A stretch of DNA of 64,000 nucleotides, from positions 22,193-86,192 of the forward strand of contig CAVTUR010000030.1 in NCBI GenBank assembly GCA_963737945.1. The letters run 5' to 3'. The translations under genes and the position numbers were made by a program. Below the pieces are notes generated by a model. That model saw nothing but the letters and a program-made list of their open reading frames with translations, did no database searches and was not told the DNA's origin. Below are positions 49,188 to 61,200 of this stretch, in pieces; the stretch's first letter is position 1, and every line of letters starts with the position of its first letter. Origin of the DNA: Blastocatellia bacterium (GTDB lineage Bacteria; Acidobacteriota; Blastocatellia; UBA7656).

Positions 49188-50585
49188 TTACGCCGAAGGA
49201 ACCGGCGTGCCTGCTACGCGTTCTATTTCCACGAACGCGTTGAAGTACTCCTTGAGTACCTCGGTGTATCCGGTCTCGACTTCAATAAACCGTCTCTGCT
49301 CGCTGATATAGTCGAGGGCGCTTTTCTGGCCAAGCGTGTAAGTCTGATGGATCACATCGAGATTGCGCTGGGCCTGACCGCGAACGCCATCGCGATAGAC
49401 CTCAAGCGCTGCCTGGGCTCCCGCAAACCGCGCGTACGCAGCGGCCACCTCGTTCCGCACAACTAGCTCGGCAAACTCGCGTCGCGCGCGCGCTGCCTCG
49501 GCCGTTGCAAGCGCAGCTTCGATGTTGCCCTCATTCCTGTTTCTTACCGGCAGGCTCAATCGAACGCCAAAGGTTAGATTGTGAAAAACTCCCATCACCG
49601 GAACGCGCGCCCCGGCATCATTGAAGCCAAACACGCCGTATCCGCTGCTCATTCTCTCGTAGCCGGCGAAGATGCTTGCATCAACTTTGCCTTCGGTGCG
49701 AGCTTGCTCGATCTGCGCGGCCGCGAGCTGCTCGGCGGCGCGAGCCGCCGACAGATCAGGCCGGGTTTCGAGCGCGTTCCGTACCGCGTCGCTCTTCAGC
49801 GCCGGTTGTCGCGTGGCATCGAACTCACCTCGCAAACGCAACGGCTCGCCGGCAGGCATACCAATCACTCTCTTGAGTTCGAGGAGCGCCACCTCGGCGC
49901 GGCTCTCGAAGCCGATGCGCATCCCGTCAACCCGATTCACCTCGACAAGCAGAAGGTTTTGCTCGAGCGGCGCCGTCTTGCCAAGATCGACCCGCGCCTT
50001 AACGAGTCGATGCGAGTCTCGAGTGAGCGCAAGCAAATCTTCGGTGAATTTCAGATTACGAGCGGCGGCTATGGCATCGGCATACTTCACTCGCGTTTCG
50101 GCGGACAGCTTGCGCGCGAAATCGCCTATTTCGCTCTCACGCATTTCAAGCTCCGCGGAAGCGACGACAACTCTTGCGCTTCGTCTTCCGCCAAGCTCCA
50201 GGGGCAGCTCCGCTCCGATCATCGCCTTGTTACCTGGCGTGTTTGCCGCGTGCATACCGCTCGCTTCGAGGATCGGGTTCGGTTTGAGACCCGCCTGGCG
50301 AAGCCGTCCTCGCGCCTCGGCGATCATCTGCCTCGCTGCCGAGAGCTCCCCGTTGTGCGCAAGCGCGTAACGAACAAGCGCATCCGCGGTGAGCCCGTTC
50401 ACCGAGTCAATATATTGCGAGTACATCGACCGCGGCTCGGCAATTTCAGAGTTCGTTGACGGCTTTAGACCGAGGACAAGGCCGACGTCTTGTCCGCCCG
50501 ATTGCGATTGAGCGATTGGCGCCGAAAGCATCAGCAAAAACAGCGCTCCAGTTGGTTTGAATAAAACGTTCATCATCAGCTCCAT
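49188..50585 (-). CDS. TolC-family outer-membrane efflux protein (CusC/CzcC-like)
   Basis: Likely start MELMMNV at 50585. QAGLKPNP, LSLPVRNRNEGNI and YTLGQKSALDYI TolC repeats; located between the RND pump and the adaptor. Confidence 0.9.
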   Translation of the reverse strand: MELMMNVLFKPTGALFLLMLSAPIAQSQSGGQDVGLVLGLKPSTNSEIAEPRSMYSQYIDSVNGLTADALVRYALAHNGELSAARQMIAEARGRLRQAGLKPNPILEASGMHAANTPGNKAMIGAELPLELGGRRSARVVVASAELEMRESEIGDFARKLSAETRVKYADAIAAARNLKFTEDLLALTRDSHRLVKARVDLGKTAPLEQNLLLVEVNRVDGMRIGFESRAEVALLELKRVIGMPAGEPLRLRGEFDATRQPALKSDAVRNALETRPDLSAARAAEQLAAAQIEQARTEGKVDASIFAGYERMSSGYGVFGFNDAGARVPVMGVFHNLTFGVRLSLPVRNRNEGNIEAALATAEAARARREFAELVVRNEVAAAYARFAGAQAALEVYRDGVRGQAQRNLDVIHQTYTLGQKSALDYISEQRRFIEVETGYTEVLKEYFNAFVEIERVAGTPVPSA

Positions 50586-50586
50586 A

Positions 50587-50653
50587 TTCTTTGCGTTCTG
50601 TGCGAAGAGAATTCTCCGCGCCAAGGCGCCAAGAACCGCAAAGAACGCAAAGA
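50587..50653. repeat. inverted CGCAAAGA octamer element (element L)
   Basis: TCTTTGCGTTCTGTGCG (50588-50604) versus CGCAAAGAACGCAAAGA (50637-50653), a 16/17 inverted match. Confidence 0.85.
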
Positions 50654-50658
50654 CAACC

Positions 50659-53600
50659 TCAGTCATTCTCGCTTCGCTTTATCTCCCGCTCGCGAAGCCA
50701 GTAGAAGATCACCGGGGTCACAATCAACACGTGAAGCAGCGATGACACCATCCCGCCGAGCACCGGAGTCGCCAGCGGTTTCATCACTTCGGCGCCGGCA
50801 CTCGTGCTCCACATTATCGGCAGCAGTCCCGCGACCACCGTGCTAACCGTCATCACTTTCGGACGCAGCCTTAGTAGCGCTCCTTCCATCACCGCTTGCT
50901 TGAGTTGCCCGCGCGTCAGCGTTCCATCGTGTCCCTGCTTCTTGCGCTCAACCGCCTCTTCCAAATAGATCACCATAACCATGCCGGTCTGAACCGCTGT
51001 GCCAAACAACGCGATGAATCCAACCCACACTGCAACTGAAAAGTTGTAGCCCAGCAGGTAAAGGAGATACACGCCGCCGGTAAGCGCGAACGGCACTGCG
51101 AGCAATACATGCGCAGCTTCGATAAACGAGTGATAGGTCAAGTACAGCAGCACAAAGATCACGATCAGCACGATCGGCATCACCAGCAGCAAGCGAGCCC
51201 GCGCCCGCAGCTGGTCCTCATACTGCCCGCTCCATTCGATGTAGTAACCCGCCGGGAGCTGGACCCGATCACGCAGCGCCGTGGTCGCTTCTTCGACGAA
51301 GCTGCCCACGTCGCGGCCCCTGACGTTTAGCAGCACCGTGCCCCGCAGCAACCCGTTCTCGCTCGAGATCATCGACGCGCCGTTGACTTGCTTTATGCTT
51401 GCCAACTGGGCAAGGGGTATCTGCGCGCCGCCGGGCGCCGGCACAAGCAATTCGCCGAGCGCCTCAGCGTTCGCTCGAAACTCCTGCGCGTAACGCACTC
51501 GCGCCGGGAATCTTCGTCGTCCTTCTATAGTCACGGTAAGGTCGGTTTCCCCGATGCCGGTATCCACGATGGTCTGGATCGCGCCGACGTCGATGCCGTA
51601 TCGCGCGGCAGCCTGCCGGTCGATCTTGATGTCGATGTAAGGCTGGCCGGTGAGCGGCTCGGGTGAAACATTCGCCGCGCCCGGTACCGTCTGCAACACC
51701 GAAGCAACCTCGCGCGACTGTCGCTCGAGCTCGGCCAGGTCGCTTCCGTAGATCTTCACACCGATCTCGGTGCGTATCCCGGTCGTCAGCATCTCGATGC
51801 GATTGATGATCGGCTGCGTCCAGATATTAGTCACGCCGGGCATCGTCAGTTTGTCATTCATCTCTCCGATGAGCTTTTCGCGAGTCATCCCGGGGCGCCA
51901 GTGGTCGGGCTGTTTCAGATGAATAATGGTCTCGTTCATGTCGACCGGAGCGGGATCGGTCGAGGTCTCCGCTCTGCCGGCCTTGCCGGTCACCCATTCA
52001 ACCTCGGGAAATGACTTGATCGTTCGATCCTGCATCTGCATTACGCGCAAGGCCTCGTCAATCGAAATAGCCGGATCGGTGATCGGCATGTACATCAAGT
52101 CGCCCTCGTTGAGCTCAGGCATGAACTCGCTTCCGATCGGGTGAATCGTCTTAACGAGCGGTCCTACGATGGGGATGTTCGCGGTAGCAGATCGCGCCTG
52201 CGGCAACCAGCTTGCCGAAGTCGCAAGCAACACTGCGACGGAGAAAAAGAACAACGCGCATGCAAGCGTCAACGCTCGATGAGCGAGCGCCAACGTCAGC
52301 ACCGGACGATAACCTCGCTGCAACACACGCATCACCAGGTTTTCTTCTTCAGAATGAAATCGTCCGCGCAAGAGCAACGTGCACAATACCGGCACAAGGG
52401 TCACCGCGATAATCGTCGCCGCCAGCATCGCAAATGTCTTGGTAAACGCGAGCGGATGAAAGAGCTTCCCTTCCCGCCCGGTCAACGCGAACACTGGGAC
52501 AAAGGCGAGGATGATGATCGTCATCGAAAAGAAAATCGGACGCCCGACCAATCGAGTCGAATCGAGAACCGTTTCCCATACCCTTTGTCTGTCACGCGGA
52601 TCCACGTGCCGCTTTTCCAGATAACGAAATGCGTTTTCGGTGACTACTATCCCGGCGTCGACCAGCACTCCAATGGCGATCGCGATGCCCGATAACGACA
52701 TCAGGTTTGAACTGATTCCCAGGTTGTGCATGAAAAGAAAGGATAGGAGCACCGCCAACGGCAGCGGGATCGTCACGATCAGAATCGAGCGGAAGTGAAA
52801 GAGAAAGATTATGTGAGCGAGCGTCACCAGCAACAGCTCTTCGATGAGAGCGCGCTTGAGCGTAGTGGTCGCCCGGAGGATCAACTCGGTTCGGTCGTAA
52901 AACGGTGTGACACTCACTCCCTGCGGCAGGCCAGGTTTGAGCACTTCCAGCTTTGCTTTTACAGCGTCAATCACCTCGAGGGTGTTCACCCCGTATCGGG
53001 CAATCACGACGCCACCAACTGCTTCCTTGCCGTCACGGTCGAGCGCTCCAACTCGAAAGGCGTTGCCAATACTCACATCAGCAACATTGCGGACGAAGAC
53101 CGGAGTCCCGTCCGAGCCTCCGATCACGATGTTCCCGAAGTCCGCCACCGATTCGATTAACCCGACACCGCGCACGATGGACCACTGGCCGTTTTGTTCG
53201 ATGACATTCCCGCCGACATTTGAATTACTCCGCTGGACCGCTTCTATGACTGTCGAGAGCGGGATCGAATAAGCACGAAGCCGATTCGGATCGACGTCGA
53301 TCTGATATTGCTGAACATGGCCTCCAACGGACGCCACTTCGGCTACACCGGGAACCGAATTGAGCTGATAGCGAAGAAACCAGTCTTGAAGCGAGCGGAG
53401 ATCGCGCAAGCTGTAGCCTTCGCCGTCAACCGTGTACCAGAAAACCTGTCCGACGCCGGTCGCGTCAGGGCCTAACGTGGGCAGGACGCCTTCGGGGAGT
53501 TGTTTTGCTGCGAGGTTCAACCTCTCCGCGACTCGAGTGCGGGCCCAGTAGAGATCGATCGAGTCTTCGAAAATCACGTTGATCATCGAGAACCCAAACG

Positions 53601-53859
53601 CCGATTGCCCGCGAACCGCTCTGACCCCGGGCAAGCCTTGCAGCACCGTGGTCAGCGGATACGTAACCTGGTCCTCGACCTCTTGCGGGCTGCGGCCAAT
53701 CCAATCGCTAAAGACGATCACCTGGTTATCGGACAGATCCGGGATCGCATCGACCGGAGTCCGGATAAGTGCCCAGTAGCCCCACCCCGCGAGCAGCACG
53801 TATGCCGCGACGATGATAAAGCGGTTCTTGAGAGAGAATTCTATAATGCGATTGATCAT
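50659..53859 (-). CDS. cusA: CusA/SilA-type heavy-metal RND efflux pump
   Basis: [36 protein letters not shown]. Met positions in GDLMYMP, PVDMNET and RIEMLTTG match the CusA Cu/Ag Met triad context. Confidence 0.92.
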   Translation of the reverse strand: MINRIIEFSLKNRFIIVAAYVLLAGWGYWALIRTPVDAIPDLSDNQVIVFSDWIGRSPQEVEDQVTYPLTTVLQGLPGVRAVRGQSAFGFSMINVIFEDSIDLYWARTRVAERLNLAAKQLPEGVLPTLGPDATGVGQVFWYTVDGEGYSLRDLRSLQDWFLRYQLNSVPGVAEVASVGGHVQQYQIDVDPNRLRAYSIPLSTVIEAVQRSNSNVGGNVIEQNGQWSIVRGVGLIESVADFGNIVIGGSDGTPVFVRNVADVSIGNAFRVGALDRDGKEAVGGVVIARYGVNTLEVIDAVKAKLEVLKPGLPQGVSVTPFYDRTELILRATTTLKRALIEELLLVTLAHIIFLFHFRSILIVTIPLPLAVLLSFLFMHNLGISSNLMSLSGIAIAIGVLVDAGIVVTENAFRYLEKRHVDPRDRQRVWETVLDSTRLVGRPIFFSMTIIILAFVPVFALTGREGKLFHPLAFTKTFAMLAATIIAVTLVPVLCTLLLRGRFHSEEENLVMRVLQRGYRPVLTLALAHRALTLACALFFFSVAVLLATSASWLPQARSATANIPIVGPLVKTIHPIGSEFMPELNEGDLMYMPITDPAISIDEALRVMQMQDRTIKSFPEVEWVTGKAGRAETSTDPAPVDMNETIIHLKQPDHWRPGMTREKLIGEMNDKLTMPGVTNIWTQPIINRIEMLTTGIRTEIGVKIYGSDLAELERQSREVASVLQTVPGAANVSPEPLTGQPYIDIKIDRQAAARYGIDVGAIQTIVDTGIGETDLTVTIEGRRRFPARVRYAQEFRANAEALGELLVPAPGGAQIPLAQLASIKQVNGASMISSENGLLRGTVLLNVRGRDVGSFVEEATTALRDRVQLPAGYYIEWSGQYEDQLRARARLLLVMPIVLIVIFVLLYLTYHSFIEAAHVLLAVPFALTGGVYLLYLLGYNFSVAVWVGFIALFGTAVQTGMVMVIYLEEAVERKKQGHDGTLTRGQLKQAVMEGALLRLRPKVMTVSTVVAGLLPIMWSTSAGAEVMKPLATPVLGGMVSSLLHVLIVTPVIFYWLREREIKRSEND

Positions 53860-53866
53860 CGGTTAG

Positions 53867-53964
53867 TCAGTGGTCCGTAGTCCGTAGTCCGTAGTCCGTA
53901 GTTCTTAAGTGCGCAGTCAAGGTTGACTTCGAGCTACGGACTACGGACCACGGACTACGGACTA
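53867..53964. repeat. inverted TCCGTAG heptamer array (element M)
   Basis: TCCGTAG x4 (53874-53901); CTACGGA CTACGGA CCACGGA CTACGGA (53934-53961). Confidence 0.95.
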
Positions 53965-54387
53965 TTTCGCGTTCACGCTCATCGTCGCGTGTTCAGTCCC
54001 GCGCGATCCCTGAAAGCTAATCATCGCTTCCCAGCTCCCACCACTCTCCACACTGACGCGAACCTTGAACCTGCCCGGCGTATCGGTTGTGGTCAGTGCC
54101 GCGACCTCGTTCATCTCGGCCATTGAACCCATCGCTGGCATATGAAACTTGAGCGAGGCAGCCGGAGTGTCGACGGGCTTGCCAGACTCATCGGTGAATG
54201 AAAGCGTGAGATCGTTCTCCCCGCTTTTGATCTCGCCGTTGCCGCTCGAAAGCGCGATCGTCGTATCGCCTGACTTCGTCGACTTGATTACCTTTTCGGC
54301 GTTTGAAGAGCCGGACCGCTCACACGCGCTCAAGACTAGAAGGGGAACCGCGATCGCGAAAAATATGACAAAGACTCTGGACTTCAC
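53962..54387 (-). CDS. FixH/YtkA-like lipoprotein
   Basis: GTG at 54387 after GGGAGG; lipobox LSAC; LKFHMPAMGSMAEM...GRFKV...GGSWEA. Confidence 0.75.
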   Translation of the reverse strand: MKSRVFVIFFAIAVPLLVLSACERSGSSNAEKVIKSTKSGDTTIALSSGNGEIKSGENDLTLSFTDESGKPVDTPAASLKFHMPAMGSMAEMNEVAALTTTDTPGRFKVRVSVESGGSWEAMISFQGSRGTEHATMSVNAK

Positions 54388-54598
54388 TGAAAACCTCCCG
54401 AAAGGATGAGCGTCTGGTGTCTGGCACTTACGCTCGTCAAACAATGTGACTCGTCAATCAATGTTGCGACCAGGGTCGTGCGCTCTGGACGCCATGACAG
54501 ATCTACAGCAGCATGGACCCCGAACGTCGTCGGTACTCAAATCGATGTGAGCGTTTTTTGAAGGGTAGTTTGTGCCGCGAATGGGCACACTTCGGCTT

Positions 54599-54967
54599 TT
54601 AGATCAGGAGAATGCCGATTCTGAGGTATAGGTGTGTCGACTGAGCGATGGTGCGAGGTGGGGCGAGTAGAGATCCTGATGGCTGCGTCGAATAAGAGCT
54701 GGCCGAGCCAACATTGACCGGTGAAGGACTCTGATCGTGGCGCTGGGTGCGGTTCAGGCTTGCCGCGGGCGACGGTTGACTCTCACCGTGCTGATTGCAT
54801 TCGGTAAGACAACGAACCTTCGAAGGGCTCACTTGCGGAGCCATACGCCGAGTTGCGCAACAGGTACCGCAGCCACTATCACATTCGACGGCGGCGATGG
54901 CCGCGGCCGCGAGAGAGTTGCCAGCGACCAACAGCGTAAGCGTAAAGATTAGCAGCCTTCGAATCAT
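54599..54967 (-). CDS. small exported Cys-rich protein leading the metal-efflux genes
   Basis: MIRRLLIFTLTLLVAGNSLAAAA...CDSGCGTCC...CLTEC; C-terminal PPR...LYLRIGILLI. Confidence 0.65.
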   Translation of the reverse strand: MIRRLLIFTLTLLVAGNSLAAAAIAAVECDSGCGTCCATRRMAPQVSPSKVRCLTECNQHGESQPSPAASLNRTQRHDQSPSPVNVGSASSYSTQPSGSLLAPPRTIAQSTHLYLRIGILLI

Positions 54968-55227
54968 TAACGGCTCCAGTCTATCAGCGCTTCGGGTGAG
55001 GGTCAATTCCGGTCCTAATTCCGAATGAAGCTGAGTTTCGCATTAGCTGGAGTGGCGCGACGGATCGATGCTTCGTGTGACACGGCTCTCGAACCTTTGT
55101 CAAGAGGGCTGACTACGATCACTTCGCTTCGGTCGGGTAGGCCACATAGCGGCTGCCTATCGCTAGACCCAAGACAGCATTCGCCCAAGTACGTAATCGC
55201 ACACATCCAAAATACTCGCACCCGAAA

Positions 55228-58200
55228 TCACTGACAGATGCAGCTATTGTCCCGGGTGTTTCTGTCGGTGAGCGTACACCTCACCGTACCAGGCGGCGCG
55301 CTCATGCTTCCCGAACCTTTGTGTGTTGCCTCGTCGTCTTTCACCAACACTCGTCTGTCTCCCGGATTGTGTTCCAGCGTATAGAGGCTCCCTCTTATCG
55401 TCATTGTCCCCTTACCCGTATATGTCACTCCGTGGCAACAGAACCTATAGTCTCCGGTAACCGAGTTGATCAATACGACCGTGCTCGGATCGCTATCATC
55501 CTGTACACACAGATCGAACACATTCACCCGGAACGTGCACATCGCCGTATTCCCCGATACATCTGTCGCCGTGCAGGTGACAGTGTTAACTCCGAGCGGG
55601 AAGCAGCTTCCGGACGGAGGCGTGCAAACCACGCTCACTCCGGGACAGTTATCCGCCGCTGCCGGGGCCGGGTAGTTCACCGCCACGCAGGAGTTCCCTG
55701 CCTGGGCTGTCTTTGTCGTTATGTTCGCCGGGCAGGTGATCGATGGCGGCTGCATGTCGTTAACCATTACCGTAAAGCTGCAATTCGCGTCAGGCGCTAT
55801 TCCGTTAGTCGCCGTGCAGTTGACCATCGTACCGCCCTTCGGAAACACGCTTCCTGACGGAGGCGTGCAAGTCACGGTCGGCGTCGGCAGACCGGTTGCT
55901 GTAACACTGAAGGTCACAGTAGTCGAGCATTGATCCGGCGCAGTGTTGGCTACAACCGGACTGCTCGGGCAGTTTATCGCCGGCGGTATGCCTATTTGGA
56001 TGGTCACATCCGCTTGTGAAGACGGACATGGCGGATTGGAGATCGTCCATCGCAACACTATCTGTCCGCTACCCCCTGTATGAGTAAATGTCGCATTCGG
56101 GGTTGAAGCGGTCGGGTTGAAGACGCCGCTCGCTCCACCGGTGACTATCGTCCACAAGCCGGTCCCTATCGCGGGGCTGTTACCGCCAAGCGGCGCGGTC
56201 GTACCGTTCGGAGGAATGATTTGATTCGAACCGGCGGTAGCAGTGGTCGGTGGCTGAGTGATCATAAGAATCACATCGGCGCTAGCGCTGGAGCAGGGAG
56301 GATTGACCACAGTCCACCTCACAGTTATCGGGCCGGAGCCGCCGCTGTGCGTGAACGTAGCGCCGGGCGTATTGGCGTTCGGATTAAACGTTCCCTTGGC
56401 TCCGGCTGTGACTATTGACCATGTGCCGATCGCCCCGCCCGTCGGGGTATTGCCACCAAGGGAGGAGCTTGTGCCACCCGCGCAGATTGTCTGCGGCCCC
56501 CCAGCGGTTGCGATGGGCTGCTGCTTGACGGTGATCGTTACGTCCGCGAATGAATCAGGACACGGCGGATTAGAGATCGTCCACCTTACGACGATCACGC
56601 CTGCTCCGCTTGTCGGTGTAAAAGTGGCGCCTGGGGAGTTCGCGCTCGGACTGAAAGTTCCAGTTGCTCCGCCGGTCACGATCGTCCAGAGCCCTGTTCC
56701 CGAGGACGGCGAGTTGCCTCCAAGCGTAGCAGTAGCGCTGCCTTCGCAGATTGTCTGAGGCCCTCCGGCAGTTGCGGTCGTCGGAGGTTGCTTGACCGTC
56801 ACCGTCGTCACCGCGGATGGAGCGCCGGTGCAACCGTTGGTCGTAACCGTCACGGTGTAATCACCCGACGCGGTTGCGACATATTGTTGAGCTGTCGCTC
56901 CCCCAATCGGATTACCATTGAGCAACCATTGATTGCCGGTCGCGCTGCTCGAGGTTAACGTCACGCTGTCCCCCGCGCAGAAGGTTGTCCCGCTGCCCGG
57001 CGTGATCGTGGGAGTCGCAGGAATCGGGTTGACTGTCACCACGGTGGGGGCCGAAGGAGCGCTGGTGCATCCGGTTGTTGTAACCGTGACCGTGTAAGCT
57101 CCCGATGCGGTGGCGATATACGTCTGATTCGTGGCACCGCCGATGGGATTGCTATTCAGGTACCATTGATTGCCGCTGGCGCTGCTCGAGGTCAGCGTCA
57201 CGCTACCCCCCGCACAGAAAGTCGTCGGGCCGCCAGGCGTGATCGTTGGAGTCGCCGGAATCGGGTTAACTGTAACCGCCACCGGAGCCGACGGATCGCC
57301 GGTGCAACCGCTCAGTGTAACCGTCACCGAATAGTCCCCTGAGGCGGTGGCGACATAGGTCTGGTTGACCGCGCCGCCGATAGGGTTGCCATTGAGGAAC
57401 CATTGATTGCCGACCGCGCCGCTCGAGGTCAGGGTGACGCTGCCCCCGGCGCAGAAGGTCGTCGGGCCTCCAGGAGTGATCGTGGGTGTCGCCGGAATCG
57501 GGTTGACCGTTACGACTGTGGGCGCCGAAGGAGCGCTGATGCATCCGGTTGTTGTCACAGTTACCGTGTAAGCTCCCGAAGCGGTGGCAACATACGTCTG
57601 ATTGGTGGCGCCGCCGATTGGATTGCCATTCAAGTACCACTGATTGCCAGTCGCATTGCTCGAGGTAAGAGTAACGCTGCCTCCCGTGCAAAAAGTCGTC
57701 GGGCCTCCAGGCGTGACCGTCGGCGTAGCCGGAATCGGATTGACTGTCACAGTTGTTGGGGCCGAGACGCCGCCGCTGCACCCACTCGTCGTTACCTGAA
57801 CGGTATAGTCACCGGAGGCGGTGGCGACATAGGCCTGAGATGTCGAGCCCCCAATGGGGTCGCCGTTGAGAAACCATTGATTGCCGCTGGCGCTGCTTGA
57901 GGTCAGCGTCACGCTGCCGCCGGCGCAAAAAGTCGTCGGGCCGCCGGGAGTGATCGTCGGAGTCGGCGGGGTCGGTGTGATCGTGATGCTCACCTCCGCG
58001 AATGAATCCACACAAGGCGGATTTGAAATCGTCCATCTCAAGACGATCGGTCCGGTTCCGCTCGTGTGTGTGAATGTGGCAGCCGCGGAGCCTGCGCTCG
58101 GGATAAAGGTCCCCGTCCCGCCGCTCTGCACCGTCCAGGTTCCTGTTCCAATTGCGGGAGCGTTGCCGCCAAGCGTAGCAGTCGTGCCGAGAGCGCAGAT

Positions 58201-61200
58201 TGTCTGCGGCGCGCCAACTGTCGCCGGCGTCGGGGGTTTCTTGACGGTCACCATAGTGGCGGGTGAACTTGTGTTGTTGGCGCTATTCTGATCGGGTGTC
58301 GTGGAAGTGACGCTCGCCGTATTTGACAGGATCGTTCCATCAGATACCGCGCCGTCAATACTCACGATGACCGTGAACGTGGCGGCGTCGGCGTTCGGAG
58401 ACGAACCCGTCCTCGCGAACATGAGAGCGCCGTTACCACCTGCCACGACGCCGTCAGTACGGGTCCAGTTGGCCGGGGCGGGCGCGGATACGAGGCTTGT
58501 GCCGGCGGGCATCACATCGCTCACCACTACGCCGGTGGCCGCGCTTGGCCCGGCATTGGTGAAGTTGATCGTGTAGGTAATGTTGGCGGTTGAGCAAATG
58601 GAGCCCGATCCGGCGGACTTGGTCACACCCACGTCAGCGCACGTAACCGTCGTCATCACAGTATTCGAGGTGTTGTTCCCCGGATTGGAGTCGGTGGTAG
58701 TTGTGGAGATGCTGGCGGTGTTACTCACGCTCGGCGCGCAGCCCGGGTTCGCCGTCGCCATTATCGTTATCGTCGCGGAAATCCCGGACGCAAGTGACGG
58801 GAAGGTCACCGTCCGGTTGGCGCCAGCCCCGCCGCAGACTCCTCCCATGTCCGAATTGCACGAGATAACGGTTAAGCAGGCCGGTAGATCGTCAGTCACT
58901 ACGACATTGGCGGCCGCGCCAGGACCCAGATTACTTGCGGTCAGCGTGTAGCTGATCGTGTCGCCGCAGGAAGCCGTCGCCGGCCCGCTCTTGGTTATGG
59001 TTACGTCAGCGCAAGTGTTAACCGTCACCGTCTTGCTGCAAGTGCTGCTGCACGAGAGAGACGTATCATTCACCATCAGCATCAGGTTGTAGGAGCCTGC
59101 CAGGCCCGCCGTGACATTCACGGACTGGCTTGTGGTCGAACCTACAATCGAACCATTGCCAGTGATCGACCACACATAGGTCAGATTTGCTCCGGACGGC
59201 GCGGTGTAAGTATTGTTGGCAGTAGCTTCGCAAACCGGATCGGGTCCGTCGATCGTGCAACTGACCGTGGCGAAGTTCAAACACCATCCATCCGCTATTT
59301 GCCCCGTCCCTCCCAGTGCGTCATCCACGACATAGAGACTCCACACGCCGTTTGGATCGGACCCGGAGAAGGCGGCCGCAAGCGTCGTGTTCGATCCTGG
59401 CGTCGGAGCCGGCGATGGGAACGAATCTATGACCTCGAAATTCGTCGGCTTAAAGGTCCCGCTGACCAGCGGGCTGCCATCCGGGAGCGAGTTCGAGGCG
59501 GCATCGCTAAAGGTCAAATTCAGACCGCTCACATCGGCTGCCCCGCCCACGTCCGACATCAGGATGATGTTTTGGCCGTTCGGTCCAACCAGCAGGATAT
59601 CTATGTCGTCCGGATCGGCGTGCGACAGATTGCTGAGCGAGACTGTCAGCGAGCAGATTGAGCTCAGACCAGAAACAAAAATGCGAGAGGGATACGGTCG
59701 CGCAATACCGCCGCCGGTTACGTTTGACGAGTCGGGAATTGAAATCACGCCGGGGTTGCAGAACTGATTGCCGCTTATCGTGGTGTGATTGTTGATCTGT
59801 TGTGTCAACGAACTGCTGCTAGTGTTGAACTGGCCGGGGGCTCCGCTGTAATTAGCCATGATGATGCGGTCACCCTCAGTGGCGAAGCTGGTAATGCAGC
59901 TGGCGTGACCGGCCCCATCGAGCGGGACGTTTGCGCAGATTGTTGCTCCGGTGGACGCGTCCACAAAGCTAACCGTGCCCACCGTGACCGGGTTGCCGCC
60001 GCTTGTGACGGTCGCGCTGAAGGTGGTCGAGTCGTTAGGTGACGTCGTAAACGAAGGATTGACGGACGATGTGAGCGACGTACTGCTCACGGCGTCCCCA
60101 GTGGTGGTGAACGTTAAACACCAGCCGCCCGCGAAGGTGTTGGTGTCGAACCCGCTGTCATCAAATACATAAAGGCTCCACGTGCCATTTGGGTTGGCCC
60201 CGTTGAAAACGGACCCCAGAGTAGCAGAACCGACTGGCGCGGGGTTGTTCGAGACGCTTGGGGCGGGCGACGGAAACGTATCTCCTACGCCGTAATTCAC
60301 TGGTTTGCTCGACACGGTGCTGTTCGGCGCTCCCCAGGGCGTCATGCTCGCGCCAAGAGCCGAACCTGCTAAATCGTCAAGATTCACCGTGACGTTTGTG
60401 TTCGTTGAGTTCTCGCCGGCGTCGGAGACGAGAATGATGTTCTGCCCGAGCGGGCCGACCAGCAAGATGTCGAGATCGCCCGGGTTGACATGGGTGGCGT
60501 TCTTGAGAGTGACCACGAGGTGGGAAATACTGCCGCCCAGACCGGACACACTGATATGCGAGGGGTAGGGCACGCCCGTGCCGCCGCCCGGTCCAGGCGT
60601 GGCCATACTATTTGTGTTGCAGTACATGCCGGTGCTCGGGTTTGAGGTTGGGAAATCGACGGTCTGCGTTACACTCGCACTGCTCCCGAAAAACGACGGG
60701 TCGGGATTGTAGGTCGCGGTGATTACGTGGCTGCGTTCGGTGAGGCTGTTGGCAGGAGCAGCATACTGAGCTTGACCGGTGCCGTTCAGCGCGACATTTG
60801 CGGCCAGTGTTGTCCCAAGCGTGGTGTCGCTAAAACTCACCGTACCGACAGTCACATTGCTGCTATCGCTGGTCTTCACAACGTGCGCCGTAAAGGTAAC
60901 GGCATTTGTAGTCATCGATGGATTCAGCGACGACACGACCGTCGTCGTTGTCGGTGAAGCCGCCACAGCAGTCGTTATGTTCAGGGTCCAGCCACTATCG
61001 CAAGCCCCGCCGTCGCCGCCGGCATCGTCGAAAATATACAGGCTCCAATTGCCGTTCGGATTCGTGCCCGCAAAGACCGATGTAAGGGTTGCGCTTCCCG
61101 TCGGCGCCGCGTTGTTGTACGGTGAGCCCGGAGCCCCGGGGAAACTGTCCCCCACCCCGACCGGATTATCGTAGTTGGTCGGCTTGTATGTTGCGGTGGC

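Noticed and set aside
55075-55103. TTGACA on the minus strand as the promoter of the copper genes
   Set aside because: No acceptable -10 hexamer at 16-18 bp spacing (TCACAC).
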